DNA of 59,567 bases, counting the filler, from Sluysia triapertura (lineage: Eukaryota), in the NCBI GenBank assembly GCA_046118255.1. It is 4 parts of 4 records of this genome, joined end to end, with 100 filler letters (N's around TTAATTAATTAA, not from the genome) between each part and the next. Parts side by side here need not be neighbours in the genome. Positions count along the whole stretch, not along the records: positions 1 to 17,087 come from JBJNIA010192939.1; positions 17,188 to 33,435 come from JBJNIA010207812.1; 2 more parts are not named here. One strand, written 5' to 3'. The notes beneath the pieces were generated by a model, which was not told the origin of the DNA, did not search any database, and saw only the letters and a program-made list of their open reading frames with translations. Shown piece by piece: positions 12,876 through 27,300 of this stretch (the stretch's first letter is position 1; every line of letters starts with the position of its first letter). The translations under genes and the position numbers were made by a program.

Positions 12876-13294
12876 TTAATTTAACGTTTAATATTTACTT
12901 TTTAGATTATAAACAAAATGTTGAAACTGTCTTTTTTATTTACTACTAGAATAATTTATTGTTAATTTTGAGAAAACTATCATTACATAAATATGATAAA
13001 TAAAATAATAATACATAAAATAATAAATTTTGTGTGCAACAATTACTACATAAATTTGAGTTATATAATAAATTTTGTGACAATGTACACTGTGACAACT
13101 TTGATTGGCTGTCCAACCAAAAATATAAAAGTAATGAGCAAAATCATTCTGGTTGGACAAGCACTAGTAACATTAAAGAAAATGACTGACAGATGAGCCA
13201 CCATCAATGTTGATGAGAATTTATACACAGTGATAAGCAATGTCAACACTGATGATGGTAATTACTGATTTGAATAAAAATTAATGAATAAATA

Positions 13295-13570
13295 AAATGA
13301 TAATAATAATAATGATAATAATAACAACAATGTTATTACCATTATTAAAGCATAAATTCTTGTAAAAAATTATACATGATCTTTCTTCTAATTCTTTACT
13401 TTCTAAACATATTAAAAGTTAAAGATAAAGAAAATTAAAAATGATAATAATAATAACAACAACGTTATCGTCATTATTATTATTATAAATACATAAAGTC
13501 CTTAAATTCTTTAAAACATGATCTTTCCTTGTACTCTTTAATATTTCTTAAATATTTAAATTGTTAAAAT
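13295..13570. repeat. Diverged tandem duplication (2 copies of about 135-140 bp)
   Basis: AAAATGATAATAATAATAA...ACATGATCTTTC... occurs twice. Confidence 0.7.
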
Positions 13571-13594
13571 AGACGAGCCTTAAAGAAGTGAATT

Positions 13595-14282
13595 TGTGAT
13601 GTTACAGCTTAATGTTACGTGTTTTGGATAAGGTTTTAAGATGTAATAGTGACGCTACTGTTATAAGATAATTCGTAAAGCGTTTTAGTGTAATTTTACA
13701 TGCTATTTACCAATTTTAAGTAAAGATAAGTTTAGGTGTTAAATATTTTAAAATAATATAAATTTTTTATGTGGATATTAAAATACACCTTGATGTTTTG
13801 GATGAAATAATGTTTTTAGCTGAAGATGAGCTTGCGTACTGATTTAAATATTTTGGAATAGCATGAATGTTAAAAATGAATGATAAATATATGTTGGAGT
13901 TGTGAATGAAAATAATGTTTATCTGTTTGGAGATGTGACTTAAAATGCATTGAACAAAAGTGTAGTTTAGTGTATGAAAAGGAGATCAATTATGGCCTAT
14001 GATTTGGTACATTGTAAGAAGTAATTGTGTGATGTGGGAAAAAGATATGATTTTAGCTATGTTTGTATTGAACTGTGAATTTAAAAATGTGAGTTGTAGA
14101 TTTTAAGGGTGAGTGTTATATTGAAACATATGATTTTGATTATATTGAGATAGAATTATGTAAAAAATGTTATAAATGAATTTTTAAATAATATATTGTA
14201 TATTATGAAAGTGTTATGTGGTATTGTAATGTTTAAAAAAATTTTAATAAAATTTGTTAAAAGTAATATGTTAACCACTAAA
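13595..14282. repeat. TG-skewed, C-poor solo-LTR-like repeat (related ends at 1-167, about 40540-40821 and about 58380-58668)
   Basis: Strong G/T strand skew ending in a shared motif: GTTGGCCACTACA (155-167), GTTAACCACTAAA (14270-14282), GTTGGCCACCATA (40810-40822), GCTAGCCACCACA (58656-58668). Confidence 0.4.
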
Positions 14283-16455
14283 ATCACAACGAAAAAATCA
14301 AATGTAAAATTATAATAATTTTATAATAATAATATTAGGGTTATTAATTATTATTATTATTTTTTCTAATAATAATTTATTTTCATTCAATATATATTAG
14401 CAAAATTATTTACTAACAGAATTATATCATTTTATTTAAAATTATATTATTGAAAATAATTCTTTAATGAACTAACAGATTTAAATTGTTTAATAAATTG
14501 ATTCCAAATAAATCGTTCTTTCAAAACCACAATTTTATTAAAATTCTATATCAGTGTAACAGTGTAAAGTTCGAAATTTGTGTGAATCACTATTTATACA
14601 TCTTTACATTTCTATTTTAGCTACATTTTATTTTTATAATTTCAATAATTTTATATTTTCAATAATTAAAACTGTTGGGCAAAGATAGATATAAAGGTTC
14701 AAGATTCAGGATAAAAGAATAAGATAAACATTATTGAGGAATTGAGATAGGGATTATGATGAATTGTAATGATAAGATAAGTATATGAAATACTCGAATC
14801 AACCTTTTATAAGGTTTATTTGTTAAAATATTAAAGTACAATTGTTAATTAACTTAATTAAAAATTATTTAATTTGATAACTCAATAAAAATGTTTGCTC
14901 ATGATATAATGTTGAGTTTTATTATTTGTTCTAGTAATGAAGTGTTACGAAGCACGTCAACGCAGATAACGTAAAATTGGTTATTTTAATTAATTTTGTA
15001 ATTAAAAATTAAAGATTGAGCATTAATAAAGTATATATCAGATAAAAGCTTATAAAGAAACAAGTCAGTATACACTATTGAGATTAACGTGTTACGTCTG
15101 ATATAAAATATTGTTATTAAAAAACGTTTTATACCAGATTATAAATATAGGTAAATTATGATGATGTATTTTTATACCTGTTTGTGTAATTCCAATTGTG
15201 ATATTAAATTGTGATTTGATTATTTTAAAGAGATATCGGCTTGTTCTTCACAAAACGCATTATCTTCAGATAGTTGTCAGGCAATGTAAAGGCATAAAAC
15301 CGACTCTAAGAAAATAGCATGTGTGGTAGACATGCAAAATAATTAAAGTGAATTCCCGACTACCTGACAATTATCTCGATATTATATAAAGAGCTAACTT
15401 TTTACATAAAAACACAACAACAATCCAGAAAAAACGATAACAGTAACAAGTGACAAATTAGTCAAGAACTTCTTGCCATAAGGACTCTGGATTCAGTTGA
15501 GTTGTGCATAACACTAATTGAATCTTTTTCTTCAGCAATAACATTAAGACAAAATAAGTTCACGTGGTTAGTAGAGAGTTAGGAGAGTTAGTTTTGTCTT
15601 TATTATTATTATATATTTTATTTTTCGTAACGACATTTATGTTGTGTAACTCCTGCGATTTTTAAAGAATTAGACAATAACTTATTAAATAATTTGATTT
15701 AAAGAAGTGTTTTAACTATATAAAAAGTTCGATTTATATAATTGTGATATAAAGAAGTTGATTTATAGAATTGTATTTGTAATATAAAGATTTGGTTTTA
15801 TTTGATTTTTAGTTATTAAAGAGGGATATCATTAAACGAAAAAACACAACAAAACAATAATTTAATAATTTTAATAATAATAATAATTTTAATAAAATTT
15901 TCAATAAAATTATAATAATTTAATAATAAACTTAATAATTAAAAGTAAAATTATCCAAAAAAGAAATTATAATAATTTAATAATAAACTTAATAATTTTT
16001 ATTAATTTTTTACATTAAAATATTAAAATATTACATCAGAAAACATTACATAAAATAAAAAACATAAAAATCATTGCAATTTCAACAAGTATTTCAGTAA
16101 TTACAATTAATTTTCTACAATTTCATGTGCAACATTAGAGCAACATACATTCTTAACTTTGTGGATCAGTACAAATACATCAGTAAATTATAAATGCATT
16201 GGTACATGTATTATCCCAAAGCCAAATATACTAGAATTCAGAAAAATTCCTAATTGCGTTCTTTTATGCTTTCGTTGGGAAAAGTCAGGTAGTGAAGGAA
16301 TAGGTTTATTTAATTGATATTTTAGGGTTTCGTAAGGCGTAGTAGATGGTGTAATAGTAAGTTTGAATTCGAAGAAGTTTCTAAAAGATCCTTTAAAGAA
16401 AATATGATTGAAGTTCGACATATTGCACAATTTGGAAACTTATTAGTGTTAATAT

Positions 16456-16596
16456 TGTTTATGTAAAGGCCTAAAATGTCATTTCGTATAATGATTAATT
16501 GACTATAATATTATGAAATTGTTAGATTGGGCTGATAGCTTAGTGGTGAGAACATCGAACTGCACAACTACGAAGCGAGAGGTTCGGGCTTCGATT
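16456..16596 (+). mobile_element. 3'-truncated copy of the tRNA-containing LTR family
   Basis: TGTTTATGTAAAGGCCTAAAATGTC...TGTTAGATTGGGCTGATAGCTTAGTGG...GCGAGAGGTTCGGG. Confidence 0.7.
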
Positions 16597-17087
16597 AAAG
16601 AAACTTACTAAACGCATATGATCGTAATTCTTACCAGAAGGTGAACCTACTACATAATAATCAGATAAACAGTTTATACAAATAGGACAAGATATTTTTA
16701 ATATTTTTAAAATAAGATCCGATTAGTAACATATTAGTTTACATACTTAATGTTGTACTATTTAATTTTAGCAATCTCTAGTGATGTGATAATTACTAAG
16801 CTAGGCTGGGTAATTATCAAATTATTATCCTAATTTGCTAAGAATTATATTTAAAAATGTGTATGTACAAATGCTTTATATTTATGTATATTAAATTAAT
16901 TCATTTAAAAAAATCGCAAAACTTAGTTGCAGGGTGTATAAGTGTCAAGCCCATAATAGGATGTACTGTTGGGATTGCCCAACTTTGGATTAGGAGACGA
17001 GTGGAAGACGTATAGAATTATAAATGAAGGAAAAATTGATGAGAAGTAGCAGATGAAGTATTGTAAACACTGTTGAAATAAGAATCA

Positions 17088-17187
17088 NNNNNNNNNNNNN
17101 NNNNNNNNNNNNNNNNNNNNNNNNNNNNNNNTTAATTAATTAANNNNNNNNNNNNNNNNNNNNNNNNNNNNNNNNNNNNNNNNNNNN
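17088..17187. other. Assembly gap with artificial six-frame stop linker (also 33436-33535 and 44728-44827; plain N gap 39843-39986)
   Basis: 44 N + TTAATTAATTAA + 44 N, identical at three places. Confidence 0.97.
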
Positions 17188-18341
17188 TTATTTACAAAAA
17201 TTTCAATATTATCCTTTACAACTATCCTTTACAACAATATTATCGAACAATATTATTCTTTACATATCTAATAATAATAAATTAAATAATCAAAATAGCA
17301 TTAATAATAATAATTATTATTAATTTTCATGAATCATTAGTTCAAACTTTCATAATTTCAAAAGAGAATATTGGTTACGAAATAAAATTTCATAAAGATC
17401 AAAAAATGTCTAATGATTCATTTCAGCTAAAAAATTATTAATAAAATAAAAAATTTAGTTAAATGTTTTCATGATATCGTAACTGAAACGTGTGTAAAGT
17501 TATTATATGAACAATTTGTACAATTTATGAACTCGTGGATGAACTTGTTTTTGTTTTCTTCTAGGGGATATATCTCGACCCCTTTAATACAAAACTTATA
17601 ATGTTGTACCATTGCTTAAATAAAATTAAATGTAATGATAATTGCAAAAATTAAAATTAAGTTTCAAAGTATGGAATGGAAGTTGAAATAAACTCTGCGA
17701 TCCTTATCATGGATTATTCAGATTGAAATAAATCTGAACCAAAGTAGGAAAATTCAATACATCTTAATTAAATTCATAACTAATAATAACTCTTATAACT
17801 ATCTTAAAAAGCATTGCAGAGATTATGCAAAAGTCTAAGATCAAACGTGGTCAAAGTTGAAAAAGTAATGCTAAATACGTTTAATAAAGAAATTTGAAAG
17901 AGATTCTATTAACAAAATGCTGAATTTTAAATTACATAGAGAAGAAAATTAGTTAGAAATTGCTTCATAAGTAACAATCATATAAGTTTATGTTCAAAAT
18001 TTTTAAACAATACAATTGAGGCACATTCAAATTTAATAATATTCATTGAATTTATATCAAACATAATTTCAAAAGGTACTCACTTATTACGTACTATTTT
18101 TATATCATGGATTTTGCAGTCAAATCAAGAAAATAATGCATTGTCTAAAGACATTTATTTTAATATTGACATTATCAATTTTATATACTTCAATTAATTA
18201 ATAATTATCTATTTCTTTGGTGTATATGACTTACATTTTATAATACATGACAATATTTCATTTATTAGACGAATTTTTAATAAATTATTTAATTGCAAAA
18301 TTGTAGTGATAAAAATTAATGATAAATATGTTAATATTCAG

Positions 18342-21300
18342 TTTGTACAACATCAATTTCTACGGCAATCAATTATGAAGCAATAGCACCAAATAATGTA
18401 TTGAATTTTGTAGTCACAGTTTACGACAGTCCTACAAACACTGCTAATAAAAAATCGACAACTCTATCTTATACAGTAACGGTTAGTATAGTAAACAATA
18501 TTTTTCTAATACTACTACAAGATGAGTTCTTTTAAACCTTCCAATACAAATTAAGGAAATTGATCGAATAAAATAAATTTGGAAACATAAATTGAAATTA
18601 TTTGATATACACTATTGTAGTATCTTTTACCACAGCGTGTCTATATTCTTTGATCTTTTAATCAAATTAAACCTTTTTTTATCAGAGTATTATAAAATAT
18701 TGTGTTTATTTTTTCAAGTAATATATAATCCTTTCAATTCATGCAAGGTATTAATGTCTTTTAAGGAATTATAATATTGAATAATTTCAGTCATTTTAGA
18801 GTGAGAAAGAAGCGTATTGTCATTCATAGAACTAATGAATGTTGTCGTTTTTATTTTTCAGAAAGATATTAGTTTTGCTGCAAAACTTTTAATAATTTAT
18901 TTGATTCATTTGTATATATTTGCTTCTTTTTCCAGATTATTAATTGGGAATTCACCAAAAATGGCAAAAACAACCACTAAGTTAAGCCGAAAATATTCTG
19001 GAAATTATTGTCCGAAAATAGGAAAAAAATCCATAAAATTTTAATAATAGTTACAAATTTATATTTATCGTATATGTAGAAATAAAATTTCTGTTAGTCT
19101 TTTTTTAAAATTTTTACAAGAATATCAAACTTAACTTTTTTTAAAATAATTAATGTAAAAGGGCAGAAGATTATTGTTTTAATATCAAATTCATACTTTG
19201 CAAGTTATAGTAACTCACTTTTATATATTGTTTATTGCTTTTGTGCATCATTTTAGTAAACATAATTTATTATTTCAGATAACAGATGTTTTTGATGTGG
19301 CTCCTGTATTTTCAAGTGCTTCATATACTTGTTCTGTTGAAGAACAAACCACAACTGCTTGTACGGTATCAGTATCAGATGTAGAGACTTCGCATGTACC
19401 AGCTGATGCTCTTACGTGTACTTTATCAGGTAAAATTTTAATTATTATTTGCTGAATATTCTATTGTTAACTGATATAATTCAGAGTAATATAGCTATAA
19501 CTGGATACTGTATAACACGAAGTAAACAGATAATTAGCATAACAGATAATACAAATGTCTAAACTTTTATTAAATGTATTTGTTACATGTACCATGCAAT
19601 GTAATAACGAAATTTATTTATATATTGGTTTTAAAATTAATATTAATACTAATTTATTTCTTGACTGGGTACAATAATAAAATGTATTAAGTAGCAAGTA
19701 AGAAATTTAAATTTTGAATTAATATATTGAAGTAATAGGCTCAGCAAGACAAATAATACAAATGTCTACGTTTTCATTAAATGCGAATGTATTTGTTTCT
19801 AATACCACGCAAAATAGCAATGTAATAACGAACTTTAAGAATTTATCTATATATTGGTATTAAAATTAATATTAATACTAATTTATTTCTTTAGTGCGTA
19901 CAATAATAAAATGTTTAAAAATGTATTAAGTAGCAAGTAAGAAAATTAAATTTTGAATTAATATATTGAAGTAATAGGCTTATTTATTTTCTAGGGGCCA
20001 AATTTTATTGTATACAATTACCATTTTACTAAAATCAGTGGTACCTAGTAGAGGTTTCTATAATAAACAATTTCACGTTTTTTATTATAATTTTTATGTA
20101 AGAAATCATACATCCCATTTTAGACATTTAAATATATTTAATAGTACAATTTAAATATACAAATATTTAATTTGATTAATAATAATAATACAGGGCCTAA
20201 TGTAGCTCTTTTTGAGATTTCATCTCCAAATTGTGAAGTTAAACCAAAATTACCTGGAATAGATAGAGATGCTTCTGGAGTAGCGTCAAGTTATCCAGAT
20301 CTGATTATTAAAGTAAGAATTGAATGTTTATTTAATATTTGTCTTGTTTACATAAAATTGTAACATATAAACTGAATTTAAATATTCGAAAATTTTCCTT
20401 CCGTTTCAAATTAAAATTAAACTTTTTCTTGCAATGAAAAAAATAAATATTTTCAGAATAAATTATCTAAAACATTTTGTTTATCTATATGTTTAGATAA
20501 ATGTTACTATTCTTCTGTACATAGTCATCAATAAGAATATTATCAAATTGTATGGAAAAAATTATTAAAAATGAAGTCGCTAAAATAAAAACCATTATTA
20601 TTATATAATTATTTAATTATTTTAAATTGATATAGTGTAAAAATTTTACAATGCACATATTCTTTAAAAATAATTAATGTTAAAATTAAAATTAACTTTT
20701 ACGTATTTTTACTAATTGAAATGGTTTTAAAAAGTATTTAAACGCATAATTTGTTTGAATAATGTGAATAATTATTCAATGGATCAAAAAATATTGACAT
20801 TATTACTGGAATTAATAATTTAGAAAATACTATTAAAAGACAGAAGAAGAATAAATATTTGACAATCAATGAAGAAAGTCATAATTTATAATTTTCATAA
20901 TTCATAATTTATAATTTATAATTTATAAAGTTAATTCTCGGTGATGAATAATTTGTCACATAACATCTTATCTTAAAGAATTCTACCGGTTACCAATAAA
21001 AATCGTGACTGTAATTAAGAAAATAATATTTTAATAATACTATTATAATAATAATTTATTATTATGTTGCATAATTATTATTATGACTTTACATTATAAT
21101 AATATTATTATTTTTTATTTTACATTATTATTATTATTATTGTTCTATTATTATACTATAAGTTTTGCTGTTTGTGAACCCTAATATTACCTTTTAATTT
21201 ATATATAATTGTCATATTAAAATAAGTTTAATGCTTATCAAAAAGATTTTTTGCATAACTTTTTTATTGCCATTTTGTTTCAATATTTATTTCGATATTA

Positions 21301-24300
21301 CTTTTGTAACAATTGTAACGCAATTTCATTATAGTTTTTATTTGTATTATTTTCTTTTAGTGCTTTGAAAAAAATAAAAAAATAAAATAATAAATAAAAT
21401 AAAATTTTAACAATTTTAGGCAACAGATAAAGGTGGTAATACGGCAACTGCATCATTGTCAGTAACAATAACAGATAAGAACGATAATATTCCAGTTTGT
21501 ACTACAACAGCAATAGATATAACAAAAGATGAATCATTTTCAGGTGGATTAGTATCTTTAAGTTGTACAGATAAAGATGCCAGTGTTAATGGACAATTAC
21601 AATGTACTACTTCACCATCAGATAGTAGATTTACTGTAACGTATAATTCTGCTAGTAAGTTAATAATTCGTAAATTAATATTTTTAGTATCTTCGTGTAC
21701 TATTACATTAAATGCAGCAATAGATTATGATGTTTTAACAACTAATCCAATAAAATATGATCTTATTGTTAACGATCTGGCAACTGATACAACACAACGG
21801 AAAACTACCACAGTTTCATTTACATTAACGGTTAGTTAAAAAATTACATTATTAACAATTTGTTTTAATTAAATATAATTTTATTTTACTTTGCCAGCAA
21901 TTATATGAAAGCATGATTAATACTTTTTTGTTCTTATTCTTGTTATTTGGATATTGATATTTTTAATATTTTAAAAAGCTATTTTTATAGGAATTTTATT
22001 TAAATTTATTTTTTTAATCATTTGATAAATTTTAATTAATTATTTTATTATTTCTCACATTATTTAACCCAAGTATTGTTGATTTAGATAACCGATTTAA
22101 ATGATAATGCACCAAACTGTGGCGCTAGTCCCACTTTAACTGCAACTCAACCGGAAACATACACAGGTTTATAAAATAATAAATTAGTGATTAAATAATA
22201 TAACAATAAATTCTATCAGGAATAATATTTACTGCAAGTTGTACTGACGCAGATTCTGGAGTGAATAAACAATTAACATGTTCGAGTAATGATGCTAGAT
22301 TTACAAGTACTTTCAGTACTGGAGGTTAAATATTATTATAATAAAATACATTAATCAAATTGTCAAATAAAATGAATTATTTTTGTTTTAGTGTGCACTA
22401 CAACCTTACCAAGTAGTATCAATTATGAAGGACTGGCAAATAATGTTTTGAATTTTTTAGTAACAGTAACAGATAGCGCTGTTACAGATAAAAAGTCAAC
22501 AACATTGTCATATACAGTAACAGTAAGACTTATTTTATTTAAATATTTACTTTTTGAAACATTTAACTAATTAAATTATGTTTTATTTGATATTAAAATT
22601 AATAGGCTTATTTCAAATGAAACAAAAAGCATCGAATTATTAGATAAAAATAATTAAAACAAATCAAAATCAACTAAATTTTCTTATTTTTAAATTTTAG
22701 CTTCGATTCATTGCAGTGCATGGCTTAAAATGTGCAATAACTACATTAAGCTTATCGTAATAAAATTGTACTACAAATCGATAACACAAAGAGTTGAGTA
22801 TCTCTGAGTAATATTTGTTTCAGTATTTTATTTCGTTGAGTAATAAGTAACATCCGTATTTACGTATTTGTTTCTCTAAAACACAAATTTCACATTCTAA
22901 CAAACATTTTTGATTATTTTGTGCCTTATCTTTCTGTGTGTTTATTTGTTATATCTCAATTTTGCCGTTGATAAAAGGTTTTAATACTAAAAACACCGTT
23001 TTACTATTTTCGAAAATATAAAATTAATTTAATATCGGCGTTACGCCATAACATTTGAAATTGTTATATTTATTAATTGTTTTTATTATTATCATCATCA
23101 CTATTTGAAGGTTGATTCCTAATACAGTCGGACCCCGTATAACGCGATAGAATTGAAATCATTTAAGTCGTATATATAAGTGCTTAAATTATTAAAGGCT
23201 TAAGTATCTTTGAAAAATAAGAAATAGTCTTTTAGATACAACAATTAATAAAGAATACATAGTTAGTAATAAGTTGCATACTTTTTAAATTTAAAAAAGC
23301 TGCTGAAAAATTGTCAGATCATTGAAAGGTTATAAACAGAAATAAAATATTATTGACAAAAAAGGTATTTTGAGTTCTTATTTCATATTAGGTATTATCG
23401 CTATAATATTATTAAATATTTATTTTAGATAACAGATGTATTTGATGTAGCACCTGTATTTACAAGTGCTTCATATTCTTGTTCAATAGCAGAACAAACT
23501 ACAACTGCTTGTACCATGATATCAGTGTCAGATGTAGAGACATCACATGTACCAGCTGATGCTCTTACGTGTACTTTATCAGGTTTGTAAAAAAAACGTT
23601 AAAACTCTGAAAATCTATCAAACCCTTCAGTCATTTAAATTTTTGAGATGATATTTTAAAAATTTTCAATGTTATACAAATAATTGGACTAAAATAGAAA
23701 TGTTATTAATTAGAAAAGTCATTTTGCTCAATTATGTTTCACGTATTTATAATTAAATACTAACATTTGATTCAAGGGTTTAGTTTTCAACAATAAATCC
23801 ATAATAATCTTCATTTTTAATATCAGTTAGAAAAAGCTTTGCTATTTCAGGTAGCAAAATTGGTTTCATTTTCTTCTTTATATGAAACAATGCCAGCTTT
23901 TCTAATTCCAATAATACGCATTATTTATTATTATAAATTTAAATAAATGAGCTCAATTTTTATTGGATCTGTTTTACTTGTTCGGCTGAAATCATTCCTA
24001 ATGTAGATAATCATATTTATTATGAGATTCGGTCAGTAATTATTGAAAACTCTGTTAAAATAAACATTAACTCCGCTTTCAGATGTGATTTGGTTTGAAA
24101 CTAATATTTCTTTTTTTTCTTATCATATGAAGATCATATATTAGTAATATATAAAGATAAATTTCTAGCAGATAAGTTTTAACAATTTAATCTGTAATTT
24201 AAAAATTTTTACTATTTTCTTCAAATTGTAATAAATGCAATTTATTACTTTAAATATTAAAATTTATTTTTTGTTTCGATTTGTAACTCAATTTATTGTA

Positions 24301-27300
24301 GCACTTTAAATGAGTTATTTAACTCGTTATTACATAAACTCGTAATTTAAAATCAAATTCGAATAATGAATGACTATACATATACTTCATTATTAGACGA
24401 TTTTAGTGCATAAAATGTATTTTTATTTATATAATCTTTTATCAATTTAGGACCATCTTCACTTCTTTTCGAAATTTCAACAAATTGTCAAGTTAGACCA
24501 AAAGCACCTGGTATTGATCGAGATGCCACAGGAGTGTCATCAAGTTATCCAGATCTGATTATTAAAGTACGTAATAATTATTTTAAATTACCAAAGATTT
24601 TAAAATATAGTTTTTATGAATAATTGTTTATAATAATCAGGCAACAGACAGTGGAGGTAATACGGCAACTGCATCATTGTCAGTAACAATAACAGATGTA
24701 AATGACAATTTTCCAGCTTGTACTACAACAGCAATAGATATAACAAAAGATGAATCATTTTCAGGTGGATTAGTGTCTTTAGGTTGTACAGATAAAGATG
24801 CTAGTGTTAATGGACAATTACAATGTACTACTTCACCATCAGATAGTAGATTTACTGTAACGTATAATTCTGCTAGTAAGTTAATAATTCGTAAATTAAT
24901 ATTTTTAGTATCTTCGTGTACTATTACATTAAATGCAGCAATAGATTATGATGTTTTAACTCTCAAGTCAATAAAATTTGATCTTATTGTTAACGATCTG
25001 GCAACTGATACAGCTCAACGAAAAACTACCACAGTTTCATTTACATTAACGGTTAGTTAAAATTACATTATTTAACTATTTGTTTTAATTAGAGTTAATT
25101 TTACTTTACTTTTAAAATTCACTGAATTTTACACTGCGACTAATTATGTCACTCTTAATACTTTTCTTTTCTCTTTGACTATGCTCTTTAAGTTATCTTT
25201 GTTTTTGTTTTTGTGGGACGCTTATAGGATTTCTTTATTATATATTTATTTGTTAATTTTTATGCTCTAACAAATTTAGTAAATCTCAATTCTAATTTTT
25301 CAGCTTATTTATCTTTAAATTTTAACATTTATTTAACTTTCTGACACCTTATATTACAATTTAAATAAAATATTAAATTTATTTATATTTTTTGTTTTTA
25401 ATTTTTTAATATTTAATGAATTAAAAGACGATTTAAGACCTGAAAAAGAAACTTGTGTAAAATTCAATGGGCAATTTAATTTAATAAATAAAAAACACAT
25501 AATGTAACAAACATAAATTAAACAATACCAGATTAAAACAATAGTTGTTAAAATATTCGTTATTGTCGTATCAAAATTTCTCTCTATTGATCTTAATCAA
25601 TCTAATTGACTAATGTCTGAAGTTAATATTATTAAATCTGGAATTAACTCCACCAGTATTTCGCTAAAACTTTAAAATTATCATTTGCTTTTACAATTTT
25701 GAAAGCCAAAATTTTAAATGGTGGGTTTTATGTTTAAAGCAAAAAATTAATCACTGAATGAACATCAGGTGTTAAAAATGGCTTTAAATCTCAGCCTAAG
25801 ATTTTTATTACTTCACATTGCTGTATTGATATGGATATTAATTCATCCAAAGTTTTAACGAAACTTTGTAAAGTCATTTTATTATAATGAATTATGAAAT
25901 AAGTACGGTGTTTTATTAACATATTTTTATATAAACTTGTCATAAATTTACTCATAATTTTCTGATCCAATGTACCAAGATTATTAAAGCTGAAATAAAA
26001 ATTTAATAAAAAATTACTGCTTAAATATTTTAAATTAAATGATGTATCCATTAAATCACATTATTCTATTGAAGCGTTATCACTGCAATTCGATGTTTCA
26101 CTAAGATTTTGTGAACATACGGGAGCTAGTCGATTATAAATCACATTTAATTCTGTAATATTATTAGAATGTATCATTAATAAAAATGGAATACTACCAA
26201 TGTCACTTAGACAATTGTCAGTTAAATTAATTTTCATTATTGTTTATCGTACAATAAACTTTCTAATAACGTTCTAATATCTTTTCCATAATGAGATAAT
26301 TCTAATGTTACGGATATATTTATTACATGGAATCACGTTGTATTTTTTAAATTTATTTTTCTATAATACGTTCGATCAGTACTATCATTATCTGGTAATT
26401 TGTTTTCATCAGAAAATGATTGGATTAAAAATTCGGTAATGTTAATGTGCTATTAGATAATATCCAAATAAAACTTTCATTATTCAATCTTTTATCCACT
26501 TATTTATTTTTAATTATTATTTTTATCATAAGACAGATAAGTACAAATACAAACTTTTTACAATTTTAAATATTTCATTTTGTAACTTCACAGCAAAACA
26601 ATAAAATAGAAACAATATTTAGAAGTCTCTTTGTAATACATTTTATTAACGAATAAATAAAATATAACCTGTCGAATTCCAGTTGACATATCAAACAAGC
26701 TATATAAATATACAATTTTAATAATATCGTTAATGAATACAAAATTTTGGCAATAATAAAAATTGAAATTTATAAATATAAAAATCAAAGTTCTCAAAAT
26801 TGATTTCTGATCTGTATCATCTGTACTGAAGCATTCTTTTGATTTTACCATTACACTTAATTCAGAAATTAACTGGGCTTGACCATAAAATTGTTTAAAA
26901 TAATTTAGTTGAGTTTTTTCACATATTTGATTTATTGGAATTCGACCATTTGGACTTGATAATTATTTTCAAACTAGACATTGCAAATTATTCATTTGAA
27001 TGAAATTTACGATGAATTCTTGGAGAATATTATGGAAATGATTTATTTATGATGTTTATGTAAAATTGTAACAAACTAATACAGATTGCGTGCCGTGAAT
27101 AGTTTGTAATTAAATATTTGTGATAAATACGACATAATGTCAACGAGCAAGTTCAACATAAATACATACAAAAGTAAGAGAACAATATCGACATAACAAT
27201 AATGCTAACTATAATTTTAATTAAATATTAAATGAGTATAATAAATTGTCTGATTTTACAGTATATCATATTATAAAAATTGTGTTTGTATTTTATGTAT

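Noticed and set aside
17132-17143. TTAATTAATTAA palindrome as a biological motif
   Set aside because: It is centred in identical 100-nt N gaps three times; a scaffolding linker with stops in all frames.
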